59,737 nt of DNA, filler included, from 5 parts of 5 records of this genome joined end to end with filler, not necessarily neighbours in it; one strand, 5' to 3'; numbered from the whole stretch's first letter, positions 28,831-39,389 are shown. Notes: generated by a model from the letters alone, not told the origin. Numbers and translations: made by a program.

Positions 28831-29171
28831 GTTTTACCTATACCATATCGCTGATCGATCCTGTCGTAATTTATCGACTCTCGGGAAAAATTACCACTGA
28901 GGGAGATTATGACGAGATTGAAAAAGAAATTTTCGATTACTTAAATCAAAACTATTACCGCGTTGTTTTCGACCTAACAGATTTCACACATACCAACTCC
29001 TCTGGAATTGGATTTTTTATGAGAACTCTTACCAAGTCCAGAATTATGGGAGGAGATCTTGTTCTCTTTAACCTCGGCGGGAATGTCAAAAAGATTTTTG
29101 ACATCGCAAAGCTTAACGAAGTTTATACAATCTGCGATACAGAAAACGCAGCCATCAATTATTTTAAATAG
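28827..29171 (+). CDS. STAS-domain anti-sigma-factor antagonist
   Basis: VVFDL...NSSGIG (phospho-acceptor Ser loop), GGDLVL and IFDIAKL; GTG start overlaps the fur stop. Confidence 0.88.
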   Translation: MSFTYTISLIDPVVIYRLSGKITTEGDYDEIEKEIFDYLNQNYYRVVFDLTDFTHTNSSGIGFFMRTLTKSRIMGGDLVLFNLGGNVKKIFDIAKLNEVYTICDTENAAINYFK

Positions 29172-29176
29172 AATCA

Positions 29177-30457
29177 ATGAAAGTAGACGTTTTACTCGGT
29201 TTACAATGGGGAGATGAAGGAAAAGGGAAAATCGTAGATGTTCTCACACCTCAGTACGACATTATTGCACGTTTTCAAGGAGGACCAAATGCAGGTCACA
29301 CATTAGAATTCGAAGGAATCAAACATGTACTGCACACAATTCCTTCTGGGATTTTCCACGAAGGTGTTCTTAACCTTATTGGAAATGGTGTTGTAATAGA
29401 TCCTGTGATCTTTCAAAACGAATTGGATAAATTGGCTCCGTTCAATATTGATATTAAATCACGTTTAGTCATTTCTAAAAAGGCACACTTGATTTTACCA
29501 ACGCATCGCTTGTTAGATGCCGCATCGGAATCTTCCAAAGGAAAGGATAAGATTGGTTCAACGTTGAAAGGAATCGGTCCAACTTACATGGATAAAACAG
29601 GTAGAAACGGTCTTCGTGTTGGAGATATCTTCTCACCACGATTTGAAGAAAAATACCGCGCTTTGGTTGAGAAACATCGTTTCATGCTCGATAAATTCGA
29701 TGGTTTCGAATATGATTTAACAGAATTAGAGCAACCGTGGTTAGATGCGATTGCGAAATTGAAAAATCTCACTGCAGTAGATAGCGAACAATACTTGAAC
29801 GATGCCATGAAAGCCGGGAAGAAAATTCTTGCTGAAGGTGCTCAAGGTACAATGTTAGATATCGATTTCGGAACATATCCGTTTGTTACTTCTTCGAATA
29901 CGGTAACGGCAGGAACATGTACTGGATTAGGTGTTGCTCCAACTAAAATTGGAAACGTTATTGGAATTTTTAAAGCGTACTGCACACGTGTTGGAAGTGG
30001 TCCATTTCCTACTGAACTCGATAATGAAGTTGGTGAACGCATCCGTAAGGAAGGTTTTGAGTTTGGCGCTACAACGGGTAGACCAAGACGTTGTGGTTGG
30101 GTTGATATTCCTGCATTGAAATACGCAATTATGATTAATGGCGTTACTGAACTCTCAATGATGAAGGGTGATGTTTTAGATACATTCGAAACAATTCAGG
30201 TGTGTACGCATTACATGATTGATGGAGAAAGATACGATTACTTCCCTTATGACGTTTGTGATGTAGAAATCACTCCAGTTTATGAAGAAATCAAAGGATG
30301 GAATTGTGATACAACAAAGTTGACGTCGTACAATGATGCTCCAGAAGAGCTGAAATCGTATGTGGCATATTTGGAACAAAAATTGGAAGTACCGATTAGC
30401 GTCGTTTCGGTTGGACCGGATCGTAAACAAACATTAAACAATAAAGTGTTCGCTTGA
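29177..30457 (+). CDS. purA: Adenylosuccinate synthetase
   Basis: QWGDEGKGK, GGPNAGHT, EGAQG, TRVGSGPFPTE and GATTGRPRRCGW. Confidence 0.98.
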   Translation: MKVDVLLGLQWGDEGKGKIVDVLTPQYDIIARFQGGPNAGHTLEFEGIKHVLHTIPSGIFHEGVLNLIGNGVVIDPVIFQNELDKLAPFNIDIKSRLVISKKAHLILPTHRLLDAASESSKGKDKIGSTLKGIGPTYMDKTGRNGLRVGDIFSPRFEEKYRALVEKHRFMLDKFDGFEYDLTELEQPWLDAIAKLKNLTAVDSEQYLNDAMKAGKKILAEGAQGTMLDIDFGTYPFVTSSNTVTAGTCTGLGVAPTKIGNVIGIFKAYCTRVGSGPFPTELDNEVGERIRKEGFEFGATTGRPRRCGWVDIPALKYAIMINGVTELSMMKGDVLDTFETIQVCTHYMIDGERYDYFPYDVCDVEITPVYEEIKGWNCDTTKLTSYNDAPEELKSYVAYLEQKLEVPISVVSVGPDRKQTLNNKVFA

Positions 30458-31957
30458 TAAGAACTCTCAACATATCGAAAAGTGCGCTGCTAGTTAGCGC
30501 ATTTTTTTTGCTCGCTTTCCACTCTTTTGGTCAGCCAGGTGGACTTGAATTGCTCCCAGGTTCGGATAAGTTAACGTATGATTCGAAAACGGGAGTGCAT
30601 AAATTACTTGGGAACGTAAATTTCATCTACCAAGGAAACACGATGTATTGCGACTCAGCATATTATTTTGAGCGCCAGCAAGCAGTTCGCGCTTACGGAA
30701 AAGTTCACGTCAACAAACGAGATACGCTTAATTTGTTTTGCGACTCATTGTTTTATGATGGAAAAACCCGCATGGCGAAATTGTGGGGAAACGTGCGCGT
30801 GCGCGACAATGAGTACAAACTAAGCACAGACACCTTAGAATACGACGCGAAAAAAGGTCAAGCGTTCTATAAATATGGTGGAAAAGTAGAAAGCATTTTA
30901 TCTCAGGAGGTATTAACGAGTCGGATTGGATACTTTCATCCAGATACTAAAAACTTCTTTTTCAGTAATAAAGTCGTGTATAAAAGTCCACAGATTGAGA
31001 TGACAACCGATACGCTGCGCTATCTCTACAGTAAGAAAACGGCTTATTTTTTCGGTCCGACAAATATTTTATCGGACAGCACGAAGCTTTACTGTGAATC
31101 GGGCTTTTACCAAACCGAAACGGGCGAAGGATCACTGTTCAAGAATGCCCACATCGATCGTGGTGCTGAATACATTTCAGGAGACACCTTGATTTATCAA
31201 CCGTTAATTGGAACTTCAATCGGTCGTGGAAACGTGTATTATAGAGACACAACTCAACAAATGAGCTTTAATGGAGATTATGCATTTATCTCCGACAGCA
31301 TGCATTACACTATTCTTACAGGTCACGCCATTGCGACGAAAGAACTTGAAACAGATACGCTCTATATTCATGCTGATACACTGTATTCTTTCAAAAAAGA
31401 CACGGTTGAAGTATTAAAAGCATACTACGGGGCTAAGATTTACTCGAATGAATTTCAAGCAAAAGCAGATAGTTTATCTTACAATCCGCAGAAAAACAGA
31501 ATGGAACTCTTTTATCAACCCATTGTGTGGTCAAAAGGAGCAGAATTAAAAGGAAGTTTCATGGAGATTGAGCTTAAAGACTCCATCGTTGAGCGCATAA
31601 ATATTATCGATAGTGCGACCATTTTAATGGAGGTTGACTCCGCGCTGTATTACAACCAAATTGCTGGAAATAAAATTATTGCCTATTTCGTCGATAACAA
31701 TCTTAAAAAAGCACTCGTTAATGGAAATGCCATGACGATCTTTTTCCCCGAAGACAACGAATCTACAGACACTTCCGAAGTAATTAAACGAATGGGAATG
31801 AATCGTTTGTATTCAAGTGATTTACGAATAGACGTCGACAGTAACGAAATAACGGGAGTAACCTATTTAGAAGCTCCAGATGGCGTTTTTTACCCAATGG
31901 ATCAGATTAAGAAAAGTGAACAATTTGTCCCCGGATTTAATTGGAAAGCGGCGCTTC
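30454..31957 (+). CDS. OstA/LptA-like beta-jellyroll protein (3'-truncated at contig end)
   Basis: Signal peptide; repeated MYCDSA / LFCDSL / LSTDTL / ISGDTL strands typical of Bacteroidota OstA-like proteins. Confidence 0.85.
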
Positions 31958-32057
31958 NNNNNNNNNNNNNNNNNNNNNNNNNNNNNNNNNNNNNNNNNNN
32001 NTTAATTAATTAANNNNNNNNNNNNNNNNNNNNNNNNNNNNNNNNNNNNNNNNNNNN
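31958..32057. other. Artificial contig spacer
   Basis: 44 N + TTAATTAATTAA (stops in all six frames) + 44 N; sharp AT-rich to GC-rich switch across it. Confidence 0.98.
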
Positions 32058-32094
32058 TCCGTGACTTGGTGCATCCGGATCAACGGGTGCTGAC

Positions 32095-32835
32095 ATGAAG
32101 GCCACGGGCAAGCCGGCACAGGTACACTTTGCCTACCAGCAGATCGCCGACGAGATAGAGGCGCAGATCCTGCGCGGCGACCTCAACCCCGGCGACCAGT
32201 TGCCCGGTGAGGCCGAGCTTGCCGGTCAGTTCGGGGTGACACGCTCGACCCTGCGCGAAGGGCTGCGCCAGTTGGAAAGCGACGGTCTGGTACATCGACC
32301 GTCACCGCGACGGCTGGAAGTTGCGGTGCCGCAGGCGGATCAGCTGACCACGCGGTCCGGACGCGCGATGGCATTGATGAAGGTGACGTTCCGCGAGCTG
32401 TGGCAGGTCACCATGATGACAGAGCCGCTGGCCGCGCGTCTGGCTGCCGAACATGGCACCGAGGATGAAATCAATGGCCTGCAAAGCCTGCACGCCGAAA
32501 CCGTCGCCGCCGAGGGCATGATGAAACGCACCATCAGCCTGGACGAGGACTTTCACACCCGTCTGGCCGACATGGGCCGCAACCGCGTGCTGGGGCTGGC
32601 GCGTGAACCGATTGCGCTGTTGCTGTTTCGCGGTTTTGAACAGATCGCGCCCTTTGCGCCCAAATTCTACAAACGCCAGATCGAGGCCCACTCCAACATC
32701 ATCGCCGCCCTGCGTGACCGTGATGCCGACCGCGCCGAGAAATGGGCGCGGATGCACATCGAAGATTTCTGGCGCGGTGCGCAGATTGCCGGTCTGGAAG
32801 ACGAGATCGCCCTGAACCCGCGCGCCTTGTCGTAG
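32095..32835 (+). CDS. GntR/FadR-family transcriptional regulator (FCD domain)
   Basis: LPGEAELAGQFGVTRSTLREGL HTH; DEDFH...N...H...A...M..H FCD pattern. Confidence 0.92.
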   Translation: MKATGKPAQVHFAYQQIADEIEAQILRGDLNPGDQLPGEAELAGQFGVTRSTLREGLRQLESDGLVHRPSPRRLEVAVPQADQLTTRSGRAMALMKVTFRELWQVTMMTEPLAARLAAEHGTEDEINGLQSLHAETVAAEGMMKRTISLDEDFHTRLADMGRNRVLGLAREPIALLLFRGFEQIAPFAPKFYKRQIEAHSNIIAALRDRDADRAEKWARMHIEDFWRGAQIAGLEDEIALNPRALS

Positions 32836-32861
32836 CGCGGACCCTGGGGGGAGGAAACACG

Positions 32862-33764
32862 ATGACATACCAGACACTGACCACACACACCGCCGACGGC
32901 ATCATGGTGCTGACGTTGAACCGGCCCGACCGGCTGAACGCCTTTACGCTGGTGATGATGCAAGAGATGATCGCGGCGCTGGATGTGGCCGATGCGGATG
33001 ACGATGTGCGCGCGATCATCGTGACCGGCGCGGGGCGGGGGTTCTGTGCCGGCGTCGATCTGGATGACCCCGATGCGTTCACTTCGGCACGGCCCGACAT
33101 GACCTCGACCGACCCCGCGGTATGGAACGATCCGGCCAACCGCGACATGGGCGGGGTTCTGGCGCTGCGCCTGTTCAACTGTCTCAAGCCGGTGATTGCC
33201 GCCGTGAATGGTCCCGCTGTCGGGATCGGCATGACCATGCAACTGCCGATGGACATCCGCATCGCGTCCACCTCGGCGCGTTTCGGCTTTGTCTTTGCCC
33301 GGCGCGGCATCGTGCCCGAAGCGGCATCGTCATGGTTCCTGCCGCGCCTTGTCGGCATGTCGCAGGCGTTGGAATGGTGCTATTCCGGTCGGGTGTTCGG
33401 CGCGAATGAGGCCCTGGCGGGCGGGCTGGTCCGGTCGGTGCATGAACCACAGGACCTGTTGGCCGAAGCCCACCGGATCGCCCGCGAGATCGCGGACAAC
33501 ACCGCACCCGTGTCCATTGCCCTGACCCGTCAGATGATGTGGCGTATGGCCGGTGCCGCGCATCCGATGGAGGCACACCAGATCGACAGCCGCGGCATCG
33601 CTGCGCGCAGCGGATCGGGCGACGCCGCCGAGGGTGTGGCCAGCTTCATGGAAAAACGCGCGCCGGTGTTCCCCGACAAGGTCTCGACCGACATGCCCGG
33701 GTTCTTTCCCTGGTGGGACGAACCCGAATGGGAGATGGCGGCGCGCAAGGGAGAGCCGAAATGA
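32862..33764 (+). CDS. Enoyl-CoA hydratase/isomerase (crotonase family)
   Basis: GGAGG RBS before ATG 32862; LNRPDRLNAF, FCAGVDL, KPVIAAVNGPAVG and RRGIVPE. Confidence 0.92.
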   Translation: MTYQTLTTHTADGIMVLTLNRPDRLNAFTLVMMQEMIAALDVADADDDVRAIIVTGAGRGFCAGVDLDDPDAFTSARPDMTSTDPAVWNDPANRDMGGVLALRLFNCLKPVIAAVNGPAVGIGMTMQLPMDIRIASTSARFGFVFARRGIVPEAASSWFLPRLVGMSQALEWCYSGRVFGANEALAGGLVRSVHEPQDLLAEAHRIAREIADNTAPVSIALTRQMMWRMAGAAHPMEAHQIDSRGIAARSGSGDAAEGVASFMEKRAPVFPDKVSTDMPGFFPWWDEPEWEMAARKGEPK

Positions 33765-34537
33765 CCGACAAAATTCTGATCGAAAGCAAAGGTGCGGTCA
33801 CAACGCTGCGTCTGAACGATCCCGCCACGATGAACAGCCTGACGCCCGCCATGGCGCGGGAGTTGCACGAGCGGCTGGTCGAGGAGGCCAAAACCGCGCG
33901 TGCCATCGTGCTGGCCGGAAGTGAGCGCGCATTTTCAACAGGTGCCAACCTGAAGGCGGCGATCCCCCAGGACATCGCCAGTTTCGATGTCGGCGAAACG
34001 CTGGAGCAGGATTACAACCCGCTGATGCTGGCGATCCGCGATCTGTCGGTCCCGTTGGTGTCGGCAGTCAATGGCGTCGCGGCTGGGGTGGGCGCGTCGA
34101 TTGCGCTGTCTTGCGACATCATCGTCGCGGGGCGGGATGCCTATTTCCTCGAAGCTTTCGCGCGCATCGGCCTGATCCCCGACGGCGGCGCCACCTGGTT
34201 GCTGACCCGTGCGGTGGGCCGTGTGCGTGCAATGGAAATGATGCTGTTGGCCGAAAAGATCCCCGCGCCACAGGCATTCGACTGGGGGTTGATCACGCGG
34301 CTGGTCGACAACGACGCGGTCGAGGCGACGGCGCTGGAGATTGCGCAGCGACTGGCAGAGGGACCATCGTCCAGCCTTGCCCTGATCCGTCGCGCGGCAT
34401 GGCGCGCCGCCGACAGCGACTTTGAATCCACGCTTGGAAACGAGCGTGAATGGCAGAAACAGGCGGGAGAAACGCCCGATTTTGCCGAAGGACTGTCCGC
34501 GTTTCTGGAGAAACGCCCAGCACGGTTCAACGAATAA
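33761..34537 (+). CDS. Enoyl-CoA hydratase/isomerase (PaaG-like crotonase)
   Basis: ATGA overlap with the upstream gene; FSTGANL, NGVAAGVG, FARIGLIPDGG and EG..AFLEKR. Confidence 0.9.
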   Translation: MTDKILIESKGAVTTLRLNDPATMNSLTPAMARELHERLVEEAKTARAIVLAGSERAFSTGANLKAAIPQDIASFDVGETLEQDYNPLMLAIRDLSVPLVSAVNGVAAGVGASIALSCDIIVAGRDAYFLEAFARIGLIPDGGATWLLTRAVGRVRAMEMMLLAEKIPAPQAFDWGLITRLVDNDAVEATALEIAQRLAEGPSSSLALIRRAAWRAADSDFESTLGNEREWQKQAGETPDFAEGLSAFLEKRPARFNE

Positions 34538-34647
34538 GCGATTGCACGGGCCAAACGGGAGAGAGGTCAGCGCACACGTTTGAAGGAGACCCAATTCGCC
34601 AGCCGGTGAATCGGGAAGGGAACGTCTCAATCGGAGGAAACGAGACC

Positions 34648-35784
34648 ATGAGAACAGCTATTAAAGGAATTCTGGCCAGCGCATCCATGCTGGCACTGGC
34701 AGGGGCGTCCTATGCCCAGGATCTGACATTCGCAGGCGGCTGGCCACCCGGTTCGGCGCCGACGCGTATGCTGGAAGACTATGCCAAGGCCGTCGAAGAA
34801 TACACAAACGGCGATGTGACCATGCGTGTGTTCCCGCTGTCCCTGCTCAGCTTTGCCGAAGTGAACGCAGGCGTGCGCGACGGGATTGCCGACGCTGCCG
34901 CCAACCTGACCGCCTATTTCCCTGCGGAATATCCCAACCTGAACATGCTGTCCGAATTCTCGGAGCTGGTCGAGCTTGAGGAATTCGCGGGCGAGCTGAG
35001 CTCGACCGCCTTTGCCGGTGCGATCACCGAATACGTCATGTTGAACTGCGACGACTGCCAGACAGAAGTTGCGGCGCAAAACCAGGTCTATCTGGGTGCG
35101 GCGTCGACCACGTCCTATGTTCTGCAATGCGTTGTGCCGCTGAACTCGGTCGCGGACCTCAAGGGCAAACGCATTCGCGCCGCCGGTGCCTATTGGGCAC
35201 GTTGGGCGGAAACCGTGGGGGCCGTACCCGTTTCGATGTCGGTCAACGAAACTCTGGAAGGTCTGAACCAGGGCGTTGTCGATTGCACGGCCAGCAACAC
35301 GGCGGACTTTGTGAACTTCAGCTTTATCGACGTTGTGAAATACCTTTACGTCGGGCTGCCGGGTGCTCAGTTCAACGTGCCGTTCACCATGAACATGGAT
35401 GCCTGGAACAGCCTGTCCGACGACTCCAAGGGTCAGGTCATGCGGGCCAATGCCAAACTGATGGCAGATGTCACATGGGTCTATATCGAAGAGGCCCGCG
35501 CGGGCAAGGAACGCGCACCGGGGCTGGGCATCGAATACACCGATGCGGCGGCTGATCTTGTGCAGATGAACCGCGAGTTCATCGCCAAGGACAAGGACGC
35601 CATCGCTTCGATCTATAAGGAGCGGTTTGGTCTGGAGACGGGTGCCGCAGCGGCCGAGGCGTTGAACACGTTGCTGGTCAAGTGGACTGACCTGACCAAA
35701 GGCGTCGAGGGCGGCGAGGCACTGGCCAAACTGTACTACGACGAGATCTTCTCGAAGGTCGATGTCGCCAGCTACGGCAAATAA
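34648..35784 (+). CDS. dctP: TRAP transporter substrate-binding protein DctP
   Basis: GGAGG RBS; signal peptide; DLKGKRIR (carboxylate-binding Arg); upstream of dctQ/dctM. Confidence 0.9.
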   Translation: MRTAIKGILASASMLALAGASYAQDLTFAGGWPPGSAPTRMLEDYAKAVEEYTNGDVTMRVFPLSLLSFAEVNAGVRDGIADAAANLTAYFPAEYPNLNMLSEFSELVELEEFAGELSSTAFAGAITEYVMLNCDDCQTEVAAQNQVYLGAASTTSYVLQCVVPLNSVADLKGKRIRAAGAYWARWAETVGAVPVSMSVNETLEGLNQGVVDCTASNTADFVNFSFIDVVKYLYVGLPGAQFNVPFTMNMDAWNSLSDDSKGQVMRANAKLMADVTWVYIEEARAGKERAPGLGIEYTDAAADLVQMNREFIAKDKDAIASIYKERFGLETGAAAAEALNTLLVKWTDLTKGVEGGEALAKLYYDEIFSKVDVASYGK

Positions 35785-35809
35785 TCCGCGATACCGCACC
35801 TATGAAAGA

Positions 35810-35839
35810 TCGGGCACCGGACTGCGGTTCGGTGCCCGA
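35810..35839 (+). other. Intercistronic stem-loop between dctP and dctQ
   Basis: TCGGGCACCG...CGGTGCCCGA perfect 10-bp stem with no T tail; typical mRNA-stabilising hairpin after binding-protein genes. Confidence 0.7.
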
Positions 35840-35865
35840 CACTTGCAACAACGGGAGGCCCAACC

Positions 35866-36402
35866 ATGTTTCTGATCGGCAGATTTCTGTCATCCCTGTC
35901 CAAGATATCATCCCTGATCGGGACGATCTGCGTCATTCTGATGATGCTGCACGTCACCGCCGACGTTATCGGACGCTATTTCTTCAACGCGCCATTGCCC
36001 GGCACGATCGTCGTGGTGGCAAACTATTACATGGTTGTGCTGGTGTTCCTTGCGATCGGCGTGGCCGAGGAACAGCGGGCGCATATCTCGGTCGAGTTCG
36101 TCACGGACATGATGCCCGAACGGGTGCAGACCGGCTTTTCCGTCTTTTCAAGTGCGCTGACCGTCGTGGTGATCTCGGCGCTGATGGTGGCAGGTTACAC
36201 CGAAGCGGTGAAAAAGACGAACATCGGGGCCACGATGGAGCAAGGGTCGCAGATGATCGAGGTCTGGCAGAGCTACTGGGCCATTCCGGTCGGCGCGGGG
36301 CTGATGGTCCTGATTGCCGCCTACCGTGTGATCACGACCGTCACGGGCCTGCGCAGCGGGTTGAACGAAACCGGAATAGATGCTGAATTTATAAATGACT
36401 GA
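35866..36402 (+). CDS. dctQ: TRAP small permease DctQ
   Basis: Four TMs; DVIGRYFFNAP and HISVE. Confidence 0.92.
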   Translation: MFLIGRFLSSLSKISSLIGTICVILMMLHVTADVIGRYFFNAPLPGTIVVVANYYMVVLVFLAIGVAEEQRAHISVEFVTDMMPERVQTGFSVFSSALTVVVISALMVAGYTEAVKKTNIGATMEQGSQMIEVWQSYWAIPVGAGLMVLIAAYRVITTVTGLRSGLNETGIDAEFIND

Positions 36403-37702
36403 TGTTGGAATTGGCCTGACCGGCCTGGCGACGCTGATCGCTCTTATTGCGGCGCGTGTGCCGATTGGAATCTCGCTGATCGGGGTGTCGTTCGGCGGGC
36501 TTTGGGTGCTGATGGGGCCGCGCGTGGCCTGGGGTGCGATGGGGCTGGTGCCCTATCAGTTCACGTCCAGCTGGATCCTGTCGTCGATCCCGATGTTCCT
36601 GTTCCTGGGGTTCATCAGCTATCACACGCAACTGACCAAGGGCATGTTCAATGCCGCGCGCATCTGGATGGCAGGCCTGCCCGGTGGGCTGGCGATTGCG
36701 TCCATCTTTGGCTCGGCAGGTTTCGCGGCGGTGTCTGGGTCGTCCATCGCATGTTCGGCGGCGATGGGGCGCATTGCGATCCCCGAAATGATGAAGCACA
36801 AATACCACCCCGAACTGGCCACTGGTACGGTCGCGGTGGCGGGGACCATCGGGGCGCTGATCCCGCCGTCGATCATTCTGATCCTCTACGGGGTCATCGC
36901 CCAGATCTCGATTGCAGACCTGTTTCTGGGCGGCGTTTCCGCCGGTCTGCTGACCGCGCTGGGGTATGTGATCGTCGTGCTGATCCGGGTCAAACTGAAC
37001 CCGGACCTGGCCCCACAAAAGGACGAGAGCGTCACGATGCGGGAAAAGATCCTCGCATTGCGCGAGACCTGGCCGCTGCTGCTGATCATGCTGGGGATCT
37101 TCGGAGGCCTGTTTGGTGGTGTGTTCACACCGACCGAGGCGGGCGCCGTGGGTGCCTTTCTGGCCTGTATCGTGGCGTTGGTCACCGGCGAAATGACATG
37201 GGCCCGTTTCCTGACGGCGGCGCGCGAAACCCTGATGACCACCGCGTCGCTGCTGGTGATCGCGGTGGGGGCCAGCCTGTTGACGCGCTTTCTGGCGCTG
37301 TCGGGGGCGGGGAACTATCTGTCGTCGGGTATCCTGTCCATCGCGGACAGCCCGGTGCTTTTGATGCTGGGCATTGTCTGTGTCTACCTGCTGATCGGGA
37401 TGTTTCTGGAACCCATCGGGGCCATGCTGCTGACGCTGCCAATCATCCTGCCGGTGGTCGACGCCTCGGGGTGGAGCCTTTTGTGGTTCGGCGTCGTGCT
37501 GACCAAACTGCTTGAGATCGGGATGATCACGCCGCCCATCGGGATGAACGTCTTTGTGATCAAAAGCGTGGTGGGCAACCTGGTATCCACTTCGGCCATT
37601 TTCCGTGGGGTGCTGTGGTTCCTTGTCATGGATCTGGTCCTGGTGGCCATCCTGTGTGCCTTCCCTGCGCTGGTCCTGACGCTGCCTGCATTGATGCAAT
37701 AA
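36395..37702 (+). CDS. dctM: TRAP large permease DctM
   Basis: IPMF, AVSGSS, LIPPS, TPTEAG and ITPPIGMN. Confidence 0.95.
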   Translation: MTDVGIGLTGLATLIALIAARVPIGISLIGVSFGGLWVLMGPRVAWGAMGLVPYQFTSSWILSSIPMFLFLGFISYHTQLTKGMFNAARIWMAGLPGGLAIASIFGSAGFAAVSGSSIACSAAMGRIAIPEMMKHKYHPELATGTVAVAGTIGALIPPSIILILYGVIAQISIADLFLGGVSAGLLTALGYVIVVLIRVKLNPDLAPQKDESVTMREKILALRETWPLLLIMLGIFGGLFGGVFTPTEAGAVGAFLACIVALVTGEMTWARFLTAARETLMTTASLLVIAVGASLLTRFLALSGAGNYLSSGILSIADSPVLLMLGIVCVYLLIGMFLEPIGAMLLTLPIILPVVDASGWSLLWFGVVLTKLLEIGMITPPIGMNVFVIKSVVGNLVSTSAIFRGVLWFLVMDLVLVAILCAFPALVLTLPALMQ

Positions 37703-37707
37703 ACACC

Positions 37708-37731
37708 GGTCCGGCGGGAAAGCGCCGGACC
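37708..37731 (+). other. Intercistronic stem-loop / weak terminator after dctM
   Basis: GGTCCGGCG-GGAAAG-CGCCGGACC followed by only CTTTC. Confidence 0.6.
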
Positions 37732-37754
37732 CTTTCAACAGAAAGGATAGTGGG

Positions 37755-39335
37755 ATGGGAAATGAACGTCTGGTCCGTCGTGCCCGCAGCCAGCAACTGG
37801 GTGATCTGCTGCGGCGGTCGGCTGCGCGGGTACCCAACAAAACGGCGCTGGTGTTCCGCGATCAAAGCGACACCTTTGCAGAGCTTGATGCCGCCGTGAA
37901 CCGTGCCGCCAACGCGCTGAGCGCGCGCGGCATCGCCAAGGGCGACCGTGTCGCGCTGTTCACGCACAACAACCGCAGCTTTGTCGTGCTGCGCTTTGCG
38001 CTGGCGCGGCTGGGGGCGATTGCGACGCCGGTGAACTTCATGCTGAACGCCGAGGACTTTGCCTATATCCTCGACCACTCCGGCGCGCGGATGCTGGTGG
38101 CCGAGGATGCCCTGTGCGCGGTGGCAGATGCGGCGCTGAACGCAATGAACAGCGACATGCCACGGCTGGTGATCCCGCACGCGGGCGTTGCGGTCGCGGA
38201 CGGATGGGAGCCGGTCGCGGCCATTCTGGACCACGACGACGCGGCAGAGGTCTGGACCGACCTTTCGGGCGATGATCCGCTGCAGATGATGTACACAAGC
38301 GGCACGGAATCCCGTCCCAAGGGCGCGCTTTTGTCGTCGGACGCGCTCTATGCGCAATACGTCAGCTGTATCGTCGACGGCGAGATGACCGGCGACGCCG
38401 TGTCGCTGCATTGTCTGCCGCTGTTTCACTGTGCGCAGCTGGACTGTTTCCTCAGCCCTGACCTGTACCTGGGCGTCACGTCGATCCTGCACGAAAAGGC
38501 CGACCCCGCCGACATGCTGGCCGCCATCGAGGAATATGGCGTGACCAAACTGTTCTGCCCGCCGACCGTCTGGATCGCGCTGCTGCGCCATCCCGATTTC
38601 GAAAAGCGCGACCTGAGCAGCCTGAACGTGGGCTATTACGGCGCGTCGATCATGCCGACGGCGGTGATCGAAGAGCTGATGCAGCGGCTGCCGAACATGC
38701 GCCTGTTCAATTTTTACGGCCAGACGGAAATGGCGCCCGTCGCCACGATCCTGCGGCCCGAGGATCAGGTGCGCAAGCTGGGCTCGGCCGGGCGTCCGGC
38801 GTTGAACGTGGAAACGCGCGTGGTTGATGACAATGACGAACCCGTCGCCGTGGGCGAAGTGGGCGAGGTCGTGCACCGCAGCCCGCATCTGATCTCGGAA
38901 TACTACAACGACACCGACAAGACCGCCGACGCCTTTCGCAACGGCTGGTTCCACAGTGGCGATCTGGGGCGGTATGACGACGAAGGCTACCTTTATATCG
39001 TCGACCGCAAGAAGGACATGATCAAGACGGGTGGCGAAAACGTGGCCAGCCGCGAGGTCGAGGAATCGATCTTTCGGCACCCGGACGTGGCCGAAGTGGC
39101 CGTCTTTGGTGTGCCGCATCCCAAGTGGATCGAAGCGGTGACGGCGATTGTCGTCCTCAAGGCAGGTGCCTCTGCAACGGTCGAGCAGATCCAGACCTAC
39201 TGCCGCGAGAACCTGACCCACTACAAGGCACCCAAACATATCGCGATCACCGACCAGCTGCCCAAGAACGCCAGCGGCAAGATCCTGAAACGGGATTTGC
39301 GCCAGCAGTATGGCGATGTCTTTGCAGAGGATTGA
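37755..39335 (+). CDS. Acyl-CoA synthetase (AMP-binding, fatty-acid-CoA ligase-like)
   Basis: YTSGTESRPKG, YGQTE, WFHSGDLG, DRKKDMIKTGGENV and LPKNASGKILK. Confidence 0.95.
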   Translation: MGNERLVRRARSQQLGDLLRRSAARVPNKTALVFRDQSDTFAELDAAVNRAANALSARGIAKGDRVALFTHNNRSFVVLRFALARLGAIATPVNFMLNAEDFAYILDHSGARMLVAEDALCAVADAALNAMNSDMPRLVIPHAGVAVADGWEPVAAILDHDDAAEVWTDLSGDDPLQMMYTSGTESRPKGALLSSDALYAQYVSCIVDGEMTGDAVSLHCLPLFHCAQLDCFLSPDLYLGVTSILHEKADPADMLAAIEEYGVTKLFCPPTVWIALLRHPDFEKRDLSSLNVGYYGASIMPTAVIEELMQRLPNMRLFNFYGQTEMAPVATILRPEDQVRKLGSAGRPALNVETRVVDDNDEPVAVGEVGEVVHRSPHLISEYYNDTDKTADAFRNGWFHSGDLGRYDDEGYLYIVDRKKDMIKTGGENVASREVEESIFRHPDVAEVAVFGVPHPKWIEAVTAIVVLKAGASATVEQIQTYCRENLTHYKAPKHIAITDQLPKNASGKILKRDLRQQYGDVFAED

Positions 39336-39389
39336 AAACAGCCCCAACCCGGCGCGCACCGGGGCAGGGCCAGCGAAAAGGAACATGAC

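Noticed and set aside
31900..32100. Sharp GC shift suggesting a genomic island boundary
   Set aside because: Coincides exactly with a spacer; reflects different source genomes.
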